NCBI GenBank assembly: GCA_038134595.1
Contig: JAYPVM010000016.1
Span: forward strand, 1-44,560
Source: Pseudomonadota bacterium
GTDB taxonomy: Bacteria > Bdellovibrionota_C > UBA2361 > OMII01
DNA: 44,560 nt
Direction of reading: 5' to 3'
Below the pieces are notes generated by a model. That model was given only the letters and a program-made list of their open reading frames with translations. It was not told the origin of the DNA and did not search any database. Positions 20,732 to 28,870 of the stretch are shown piece after piece. The position numbers and the translations under genes are program-made. The number at the start of each line of letters is the position of its first letter. The first letter of the stretch is position 1.

Positions 20732-21595
20732 TTAGTCTCGAAGCAAGTCTAAAACTAATCGAGGCTGTACATTTGCCTGAGCAAGAAGTGCTGCACCCGC
20801 TTGCTGTCGGATCGACAACTTAGCCATCTCGCTTGACTCTTCAGCAATATCAACGTCTGAGATAACACTCTGCGTCTGCTGCATATTCTCCCGGGCGACC
20901 TGAAGATTAGTGATTGCAGTCTGCAGCCGGCTTTGGGCGGCTCCTAGCGCTCCCCGACTCCGGGCAATCCCTGCTACAGCACTCTTAAGTGCTCCGATTG
21001 CAATACGAGATGCTGACTGCGACTCAAACGCAGTACTGGCAATAATCGAATACATCGGAAGAGAGGAGCCGGCATTAGCGAGTCCTAACTGACCGAGAGT
21101 GGCCTGAATGCCAGAGAATGTTATCGAAGAGAGTGAGCTTCCATCAAAGCCAACCTGAAACGAAACAGAATCTCCCTCGCTTAAGAGCTTAAAGCCATTG
21201 AATTCAGTAACGACTGCTATCCGCTCAATTTCACTTGTAAGAGCGGTAAATTCGGTTTGCAACGCCGAGCGCTGATCGTTGCCATAAGCGAAGTTGGCCG
21301 ATTGTTGCGCAAGCTCAAGAAGGCGATTTAGGATATTTGATATCTGACCGAGAGCGCCGTCGGCGATAGAGATAACTGCGATGCCATCATTGGCGTTACG
21401 CATCGACACAGAGGCTACTCGAGCATCGCTTCGCAATCCTTCCGCAATACCTAAACCAGCCGCATCATCAGAGCTTCGATTGATTCTCAATCCACTTGAG
21501 AGCCTTTCGAATGACTGAGTGAGGCGGCTGGTTGTCTGCTTTAAATTGCGTTGGGCATCGAGAGAGATGAGGTTAGTGTATAATCCTAAACCCAT
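20732..21595 (-). CDS. fliC: flagellin (short, D0/D1 only), second copy
   Basis: ERLSSGLRINRSSDDAAGL, RNANDG, RGALGAAQSRL, ISDVDIAEE, ALLAQAN. Confidence 0.95.
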   Translation of the reverse strand: MGLGLYTNLISLDAQRNLKQTTSRLTQSFERLSSGLRINRSSDDAAGLGIAEGLRSDARVASVSMRNANDGIAVISIADGALGQISNILNRLLELAQQSANFAYGNDQRSALQTEFTALTSEIERIAVVTEFNGFKLLSEGDSVSFQVGFDGSSLSSITFSGIQATLGQLGLANAGSSLPMYSIIASTAFESQSASRIAIGALKSAVAGIARSRGALGAAQSRLQTAITNLQVARENMQQTQSVISDVDIAEESSEMAKLSIRQQAGAALLAQANVQPRLVLDLLRD

Positions 21596-21616
21596 GTCAT
21601 CTCCCCCGTTACCTTA

Positions 21617-22480
21617 TTATCTTCCCAACAACTGAAGTGCTATTGTTGGTTGCTGATTAGCCTGAGCTAACACTGCCGCTCCTGCCTGTTGCAAGATGTT
21701 TACTCTTGTCAACTCAGCCGCTTCGCTTGCAACGTCAAGGTCTCTGATTTGACTTTCAGCTGCCTTTAAGTTCTCGCGGGCTACTTGAAGATTATTAATT
21801 GAAGTATTCAATCGACTCTCAAGAGCTCCGAGGGTTCCACGATTACGATTGACTGACTGAATCGCATCTTTAATCGCTCCAAGCGCCAACCGAGAAGCAC
21901 TCTGCGCATCAGCGATCGAAGCACCGCTAATCGAGTATGTTGATGCCGAGCTACCTGCGACTGCAAGACCCATTGCTTGTAGCGTAGCATTTACCCCGTT
22001 GTAGGAGAGCTGTGATAGGGAAGTCCCATCAAATCCTACTTGGAAGGTTATGTTCTGACCGTTACTCAAGAGGTCAATACCGTTAAACTTGGTCGTAACG
22101 GCAATTCGCTCAATTTCACTGGTTAGTGCAGTAAACTCATTCTGGAGAGCTGAACGCTGTGTCGTATCGGACACTCCATTCGCACTCTGTTGCGCTAATT
22201 CGGAGAGCCGATTTAGGATACTTGAAACCTGACCGATAGCCTGGTCGGCAATCGAGATTACAGATATCGCATCGTTTGCATTTCGAATTGCAACTGTAGC
22301 AAGCGTCGAATCAGATTTGAGGTTCTCTGCGATAGAGAGACCAGCTGCATCATCTGCCGACCTGTTTATCCTCAACCCACTTGCGAGTCGTTGGTACGAT
22401 TGGTTTAGCTTATCTGTAGACGCACCGACATTTCGTTGCCCTACAAGTGCTGGAAGGTTTGTACGAATGTTAATTCCCAT
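21617..22480 (-). CDS. fliC: flagellin (short, D0/D1 only), first copy
   Basis: RLASGLRINRSADDAAGL, RNANDA, RGTLGALESRL, IRDLDVASE, VLAQANQQP; AAGGAG RBS. Confidence 0.95.
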   Translation of the reverse strand: MGINIRTNLPALVGQRNVGASTDKLNQSYQRLASGLRINRSADDAAGLSIAENLKSDSTLATVAIRNANDAISVISIADQAIGQVSSILNRLSELAQQSANGVSDTTQRSALQNEFTALTSEIERIAVTTKFNGIDLLSNGQNITFQVGFDGTSLSQLSYNGVNATLQAMGLAVAGSSASTYSISGASIADAQSASRLALGAIKDAIQSVNRNRGTLGALESRLNTSINNLQVARENLKAAESQIRDLDVASEAAELTRVNILQQAGAAVLAQANQQPTIALQLLGR

Positions 22481-22544
22481 CTTTTTTCTCCTTGGCTCGA
22501 GTCCCCCGCTACAACTGGAAGATCGTTAGCGTTCCTATAAACTC

Positions 22545-22564
22545 AGGTCACATCCTTTCGACCT
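22545..22564 (-). promoter_or_regulatory. CsrA/RsmA-type binding hairpin in flagellin 5' leader
   Basis: minus strand AGGTC-GAAAGGATGT-GACCT: 5-bp stem with AAGGAUGU in the loop; further GGA sites downstream, including the SD. Confidence 0.55.
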
Positions 22565-22607
22565 ATCACGGCAAACATTGCCGCTTTCCGATTTATACCC
22601 CCAATGA

Positions 22608-22624
22608 AGCAAACTCTTTGCCAA
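22608..22624 (-). promoter_or_regulatory. sigma54 (-24/-12) promoter of the flagellin pair
   Basis: minus strand TTGGCAAAGAGTTTGCT, GG-N10-GC spacing exact. Confidence 0.75.
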
Positions 22625-22702
22625 TTCAACGTTGAGCGCACTATCCAAGACCGAAGAAATACCTAACATACTACTCACACAATATTTTTTTACTTCTACA
22701 AC

Positions 22703-23611
22703 TTAGAAAAACTTCTTGCCTTCAACCACTCTGGCCACGTAATCACGGGTCGAGCGGGGCAAAAATGGGGCTACCTGCTCATAGAAAGAAGGGTCTTTTC
22801 CTCCCTTCTCCGAGCGAGCTTGTGCCGATGCCACCCTTCCCTCACCAGCATTGAACGCCGCTACTGCAAATTTCTCAAGAGATTCTGGACCCGCCGCAGC
22901 TCGTGTTTGCAGATTATTCGGGAGGTCAGTCGACTTTTGGAAGATTGTATGAAGGTACTTTAAGTATGACGTTCCCAGATTAATGTTAAGGTCGGGGTCA
23001 AATGGGTCATACGTACTTTTGCCCATATCCATTCGAGTCATGAGATCCTTTCCGGTTGTGTCCAACAGCTGAAAGAGTCCCTTCGATGCATGACCATCCC
23101 GACTAACCGCTGCGACATTAAAGCTTGACTCTGCACTAACTACCGACTGCGCTAACGCGGGATCAATACCTACGGATCGACTAGCAGTAACCAATCGAGC
23201 CTGCAGATCCGACTTACTGATATTTGTGGGATCAACCACCGGCTCCATCGTAGTTACCTCTACTCGCTTCGCTTCAAGAACAGTCGGAGTTTTGACATCT
23301 GCGACACCCGGTGTAAGGGGTTCCGACACCTCTGAGACCGCTGGCTCTAGAGGGGTCAGAACCGGCGACTGAAGCTCCGGGGCGTCTAATTTAAGACTGG
23401 CTCGTATGTCATCCATCGGATCGGGTAGGGACTGTCGAGGGATATAGGGCTCGGCTTTCTTCGGCTTAACCTCTTTATTTTCAACAGGTTCAAGCAACAA
23501 TCCCCCTAAACTAGCCTCAAAAGCAGAGTCATCGCCCCGCTCAACAGGCTTCGTAGAGGCCTTCAGTAAGTCTGCAACTTCCTGGTATCGTCCAGCAAAA
23601 TTAATTCTCAT
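22703..23611 (-). CDS. lytic transglycosylase (SLT domain), flagellum-associated
   Basis: AESSFN (catalytic E), KGLFQL, NINLGTSYL, AAFNAGEGRV, TRDYV; Pro/Glu-rich N-term with no signal peptide. Confidence 0.85.
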   Translation of the reverse strand: MRINFAGRYQEVADLLKASTKPVERGDDSAFEASLGGLLLEPVENKEVKPKKAEPYIPRQSLPDPMDDIRASLKLDAPELQSPVLTPLEPAVSEVSEPLTPGVADVKTPTVLEAKRVEVTTMEPVVDPTNISKSDLQARLVTASRSVGIDPALAQSVVSAESSFNVAAVSRDGHASKGLFQLLDTTGKDLMTRMDMGKSTYDPFDPDLNINLGTSYLKYLHTIFQKSTDLPNNLQTRAAAGPESLEKFAVAAFNAGEGRVASAQARSEKGGKDPSFYEQVAPFLPRSTRDYVARVVEGKKFF

Positions 23612-23647
23612 AAGCTATCTCGGGTCTCCTTTCCCTTCCCCAAGATA

Positions 23648-23664
23648 TGCATAGGCCGTGCCAA
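23648..23664 (-). promoter_or_regulatory. sigma54 (-24/-12) promoter of the SLT gene
   Basis: minus strand TTGGCACGGCCTATGCA, GG-N10-GC; followed by an AAGGAG RBS. Confidence 0.8.
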
Positions 23665-23755
23665 CACACGCTACCTAAACAAGCTAGCTAAAAGCGCCCC
23701 AAGAAGTATGAAAATGGATATATGCCGACAGGCACCTTTAAACCCGAAGCTTACA

Positions 23756-25159
23756 CTACCCCAGCCCCGCGAGAGCCGAGCTCAAGGACTGCTGCTGATT
23801 TTGCAGACGACCCATAACCGATTCAAGCCGCGCGTAACGTAACTTAAGTGCGTCTGCTTGTCGCTGAATACTCGCCTCAGCCTCACTTATTCGCTTATTT
23901 AGATCAGAGATAGTGGTTTTATTGGCATTAACTGTGACATCCAAAAGCCCATTAAAACGTGTATATTGGTCGATGACCCCGCCGGTAGTTGCAACCGAAT
24001 CAGCAAATGATTGAAACACTGCAGAGACACTCGAAACCTCCGATGAAATCGCACTTTGAAGTTTTGTCGTATCAAATCCAAGCGTACCATCTCTCTGGCT
24101 CGTGATCCCTAGATCCGCAAATATCCGCACTGAGGTACCACTTGAAGCAACCGCAGCACTGATCTCAGACCTTATAGAATCGAGCATATTATCATCAACT
24201 CTGGTGGAGGCTAATGGTGCAAACGTATTGGTGACCTGCTCTCCATCTTCCTCTCTGGCAACTACGTTATTAGAGTCAATAAATTGCACTAAGTCATTGT
24301 ACGTATCAATAAATTCCTGCACCTTGGAAATCGTACTTGTAGAATCTTCCGCTATCTTAACAGTCGAGGAACCAAGTGAATTTAACTCCAACGAAACTCC
24401 GGGAATTACATCCGAAATCGTATTTGTCGATCTCGTAAGAGTTCCTATTCCAGATATCGTCACAGAGGAATCAGCCGCCACATTCTCAGAATATGCACTC
24501 AAATTTGTAAGGGATGCTCCAAGGCTCGTCCGAGCGATAGTGCCCTTTTCAGTACCCTCATAAAGTGATGATATTACTATTTTATAGGCCGGACTGGCCG
24601 TGGTTCCCGTATTAACCAACGATGCCCTTGCCTTCTGACTCGTCGAATTGAACTCATCGACAAAATTTTGAATCGTAAATGAACCGTCGGTAATAACGAC
24701 ATCAACGGTCTCTTGTTCCGTTCCCGTACCCACCGTGAAGCTTACCGTTCTATCGCTCTCCGCTTCGGCTCCGGTAAGCGTACTTTGAATAGCATCGCCA
24801 ATATCGCTGTATGTAGTATCAAAACTATACGTATGGTTAGTTGCAAGCGCACTCACGGTAACCGCATAACTACCATTAAAAGCAGTGGGTTGCGCCGTTG
24901 CCGATACAACAGACTCCTTACTACTGGTACCTACTTTGGCCACACCACCACCGCTCAACGAGGTGAAATTCTGTAGGGTGTCTCGGAGCGCATCTAATTT
25001 GGCAGACAATTCTTCAAATGCAGTGTTAGCACCTTCTAATTTAGAGACCCTATCTTGGTCTGGCTTAACACGAGTTTGACGGGACGCATTCGTGGTTGCG
25101 TCAATTAACGCTTGAGTATCTAAACCTGATGCTATACCAGCAAAGGATAACGTTGCCAT
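23756..25159 (-). CDS. fliD: flagellar filament cap protein
   Basis: FAGIASGLDTQALID, GSYAVTVSALA, TNTISDVIPGVSL, FIDTYNDL, DLGITSQRDGTL, C-terminal coiled coil RYARLES. Confidence 0.93.
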   Translation of the reverse strand: MATLSFAGIASGLDTQALIDATTNASRQTRVKPDQDRVSKLEGANTAFEELSAKLDALRDTLQNFTSLSGGGVAKVGTSSKESVVSATAQPTAFNGSYAVTVSALATNHTYSFDTTYSDIGDAIQSTLTGAEAESDRTVSFTVGTGTEQETVDVVITDGSFTIQNFVDEFNSTSQKARASLVNTGTTASPAYKIVISSLYEGTEKGTIARTSLGASLTNLSAYSENVAADSSVTISGIGTLTRSTNTISDVIPGVSLELNSLGSSTVKIAEDSTSTISKVQEFIDTYNDLVQFIDSNNVVAREEDGEQVTNTFAPLASTRVDDNMLDSIRSEISAAVASSGTSVRIFADLGITSQRDGTLGFDTTKLQSAISSEVSSVSAVFQSFADSVATTGGVIDQYTRFNGLLDVTVNANKTTISDLNKRISEAEASIQRQADALKLRYARLESVMGRLQNQQQSLSSALAGLG

Positions 25160-25268
25160 GTTCTGCTCCGCATAGAGAATTGCGCCAGAAACCTTTCAGT
25201 ACAACACGCCTCTGGGAAAATTATTCCACTTCGAAAAGGCTGTCGCCCTCTCTACCACTAGAAATCAA

Positions 25269-26507
25269 CTACTTACGCCTCTCCATGCGTTTTTTATCTT
25301 TGCCTCCGTGGCTCTTACACCATTTGTGCAATTTCGGATCCAAAAGAGCAGCGGCTTCAAGTGCGGCTACTTTATTTTTCTCTATTTCGGCTATGACCAT
25401 TGAAAGAAGACTAACGTTAGTACTCCAAAAATTTGTATTGGTCCTGCCGTTGTATTCAACCGGTTGCGCACCTAGTGAGCGTGCTACAACAAGTGAAAGA
25501 AAACCAATGATTGTATCGAATCGAGCGTTTCCTCGACTAAGCGCCCCTGCTAGCACCTCTAATGCGACTCCAGGACCCTGAAGTAAATAACGCACCTGTA
25601 GAACCACCTCGCTCCCAAAGCAACTAGATGCAAGAGAGTCTGTCTTCTTCGTCAACTTTGGCAACAGAGGCTCATCACCTAAAAACAAAAGAAGCTCTTC
25701 GATCGTACAAGCCTCCCGCAGGTGCGCTAAAAAATCGCTAAAGCCTTCGAAATCTCCCGCCTTAGCGTGCTTGAATACAAGCTCTAAAACGGCGCGATCT
25801 CCTAGCGACTCAAAAGAAGTGGTATCGAATAATTCCTTCGATGAGACAGATGAACTATTAACTACGGCTGGAGCCCGACTAGTCAATTGCGGCGGCGGCG
25901 AAGCACTCTCTAGGGTTACTAGAGCGGCTTCTAGGGCTTTTACCATACATTCAATCCGCGATTCCGAGACCATTTTCTTCTTAAACAAAGAAGAAATATC
26001 CATCGATACCAACTGCTGAATTGTCAGCATCTCTTCAAATGGAGCAGGCACCCAGTGCGGCTTCCAAAACTCACCAAGAGTGCGATGCCGCAGATCTGAG
26101 AAGCAGTCGTGCTTCGACAATTGATCCAATATCTGCCGCAAATCAATCTCAGATTGCACGCTACTCGCAGGAGCTGTCTCTAGCGATGGCGCAGGCTCGC
26201 TAGTTTCCAGCAAAGCCCCTGTCTTATCTTCGTCGATTATTGCCCTCAGTAATTCACATAAACTTTTGGCTTGTTGCGACCCTAACTCGAGAGCACTACA
26301 CCCCTCCATAGTTATAAGTTCAATCAAACTAGCTAATGTCAATTCAGCTAGATGTTCAAGCTCTGAAAAATCCTGAGATAGCAACCTGCCCACATTAACA
26401 TGCTTAAAAAACAAATAACGCTCAGACTTCTGAACACGCTCTGCAAGTTCTAAAAGATTGTCTGACAATCCCTCCGGCACGACGTTTCTCCCCCCTTTTC
26501 GAATCAA
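25269..26507 (-). CDS. hypothetical protein with RNA polymerase alpha-CTD-like helical repeats
   Basis: 412-aa ORF; LTIQQLVSMDISSLFKKKMVSESRIECMVKAL resembles the alphaCTD HhH pattern; basic C-terminus; start uncertain. Confidence 0.55.
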   Translation of the reverse strand: MIRKGGRNVVPEGLSDNLLELAERVQKSERYLFFKHVNVGRLLSQDFSELEHLAELTLASLIELITMEGCSALELGSQQAKSLCELLRAIIDEDKTGALLETSEPAPSLETAPASSVQSEIDLRQILDQLSKHDCFSDLRHRTLGEFWKPHWVPAPFEEMLTIQQLVSMDISSLFKKKMVSESRIECMVKALEAALVTLESASPPPQLTSRAPAVVNSSSVSSKELFDTTSFESLGDRAVLELVFKHAKAGDFEGFSDFLAHLREACTIEELLLFLGDEPLLPKLTKKTDSLASSCFGSEVVLQVRYLLQGPGVALEVLAGALSRGNARFDTIIGFLSLVVARSLGAQPVEYNGRTNTNFWSTNVSLLSMVIAEIEKNKVAALEAAALLDPKLHKWCKSHGGKDKKRMERRK

Positions 26508-27049
26508 TCATCACCTAATACGAGCAGAGGATCGATGTAAAAGCATACCACCTAAACAATCTCTCCAAGATAACTCCGTCATAGAGTGGGATATCCCATA
26601 TTCCCTTTACCTCGGATGGCTAAAGGGCTATCGGGAAAACACACTTGGCAACGACACCCCACCTTGGACAACCTCCGACTCCAGTTTTACATCGACAGAC
26701 TCATCTTGAAAGTTTAGCTGTTTTCAGATAGCTAGCTAATACTGTTAAATTAAATGCTGCTCGGGCGATTATTTGATACATCTCTTTCCTTATCTCTTAT
26801 CCCCTAGCTTCACAACTAACCGGCCTCTAATGTCAGAGTTTTTGTCAGTTACCCATTTAATCTGACAACCCGCAAACGACGATAGTAACCACAAATCAAG
26901 GCACCAATTATTTCAGCAAAAATTCTAATTCAAATACCAAATATTTTTGTACAGACCTGGACAGATAAAGGCTGAAACAATCATTCAATTTCATTAGCAT
27001 TTTGTTTATATCGTGTTTGTCCGTCTGTTTCTCTGTATAATAAAAGAGA

Positions 27050-28870
27050 ATGAGCAATCGAAGTCAAACAGACCTCTCTAACACACAACCACCGCAAGAA
27101 AATGCGGCCTCTAATGAACTATTTTCGAAACTTGTTCTAACCCCACCAAGAAAACCACACACTCCATCCATCGTTTCCGACATAGAACGCTCCCTTCCGG
27201 TTGGTTTGGAGTTGCACCGAAGCTATCATTACGTGCTACCACTTGGTCAGGGAAGAAAACTTACCATCATAGTCCTCAAGCTTCATTGCCCTGAAGAGAT
27301 GCAAGAAAAACTCGACGAATGGCGCTCGAATACCGCTCCTCAATTTGACTTGGTTACAATCCTTATTCGACAGATAAAAGGTGATCAAAATATAAAGAAC
27401 AATCTACGAAACACATTTCAAGAAACAAGTATTCTAACTGATGAACACAGCTCAAGCATCGATTCTCTCATTGACTCTCTTTGTGGAAGCCCGCCAGAGC
27501 CACCTGATCTCCTAAACAAACGGTTTATTGAACGGGAAAACCTAACCTCTATTCCATTTGTTGCTATCGACCGAGTGGGCACAAGAGATATCGAAGACCT
27601 CATTCATGGAGAACGCAAACAAGGTGGCGAACTCGTGTGGCGCACCGCATTTATCGATGCGACCGACTATATACAACCAAAGGATCCAATCGACACCTAT
27701 GCGATGCGCGTTGCTTCGACCATATATGGCAGATATCGCACCGTCCCTACTCTGGGCACAGAGCTCTCACACGATTTACTCTCGTTTCTTCCTGGAGAGG
27801 AGCGCCCAGCATGGATTATTGAGGCTCGGCTAACACCTACAGAACCTCAGGAGCCAAAAACACCTCGCTTTCACCCATCCTACTCACTCCGATACAAAGT
27901 TCGGCGTGCGATAGTTATAAACAAGCAGTCAATTGATCCGTCAGAGCTTTCTGTTAGGCGCGAGGATCCACTAATCAGGCGCTCATTCTCCGCTCTAGCC
28001 GACATCGCCCGAATACTTCATCATCGCAGGGCCTCACGTGCATCTCTCTTACGAATCGACAGCGAAGGTGCTGTTTCACAAATTTTAGCTGAAATCATGA
28101 TCGAATCGAAACGGCTTCTATCCGATTTTCTCGGCGGGAAAAAGCAATTGCCGATGATTTATCGAGTTCACCAAAAGCCTTCGCAAGAAACAACGGAGCA
28201 CTTTCACTCCCGGTTAGACGAACTAGCCATACCCAATAAATCCGGAGACTTTATGAATCCTCAAGAATTTGCCGGAATTCTACAGAGCCTTGAATCAAGG
28301 CGAGACGAAAAAAGTCAATCTCTTCTTAATCACCTAATCGACACGTTTCTTCTACGCACGCAATTTTCCTCGCATAATTTTGGGCATTTCGGCTTGCGTC
28401 TTGAATCATATGCCGAGTTCAAACCGCGAGATGCTTCCGGCTTAACAAATCAATACCAACTCGATACTGCCTTTACGAGAACCAACCGACTCGATCAGGA
28501 GACTATTCAAAAGCGCGCCGAGCAACTGAATGAGAAGCGTTGGCGACGAGACGAGAAGACATATAAGCTCCGTTTCTATGAGATGCTTCGAGAGAGACTG
28601 TCGAATGTTGGCACCATGTTTGTTGGCACAGTCATGCACAATACCCCAAGCAAAACGTATCTAGAAATGGAAGGGTTCTCAAAATGGGGCGTTATCAACA
28701 ATCAGTCGTCAAGAGATGGCCTCGACGTTGGTGCTCCCGTGGCGGCCACTCTCATCGGCTTTGATATAAACTCTATGCGATTTGTCTTTAACCTAGATCA
28801 TTCAGAGAGCCTCACATCCAGCAGCTCCACCGAGTATAGTTCAGACGAGTTCGAGGATCTTGAATTCTAG
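27050..28870 (+). CDS. RNB-domain (RNase II/R family) protein with C-terminal S1, degenerate active site
   Basis: AIDRVGTRDIED, TVPTLGTELS..LSFLPGEER, IYRVH, GHFGL motifs; S1-like C-term. Confidence 0.8.
   Translation: MSNRSQTDLSNTQPPQENAASNELFSKLVLTPPRKPHTPSIVSDIERSLPVGLELHRSYHYVLPLGQGRKLTIIVLKLHCPEEMQEKLDEWRSNTAPQFDLVTILIRQIKGDQNIKNNLRNTFQETSILTDEHSSSIDSLIDSLCGSPPEPPDLLNKRFIERENLTSIPFVAIDRVGTRDIEDLIHGERKQGGELVWRTAFIDATDYIQPKDPIDTYAMRVASTIYGRYRTVPTLGTELSHDLLSFLPGEERPAWIIEARLTPTEPQEPKTPRFHPSYSLRYKVRRAIVINKQSIDPSELSVRREDPLIRRSFSALADIARILHHRRASRASLLRIDSEGAVSQILAEIMIESKRLLSDFLGGKKQLPMIYRVHQKPSQETTEHFHSRLDELAIPNKSGDFMNPQEFAGILQSLESRRDEKSQSLLNHLIDTFLLRTQFSSHNFGHFGLRLESYAEFKPRDASGLTNQYQLDTAFTRTNRLDQETIQKRAEQLNEKRWRRDEKTYKLRFYEMLRERLSNVGTMFVGTVMHNTPSKTYLEMEGFSKWGVINNQSSRDGLDVGAPVAATLIGFDINSMRFVFNLDHSESLTSSSSTEYSSDEFEDLEF

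Noticed and set aside
25165..25200. Possible sigma54 site upstream of fliD (CTGGCGCAATTCTCTATGC)
   Set aside because: GC is not 10 nt from GG, so it fails the strict spacing
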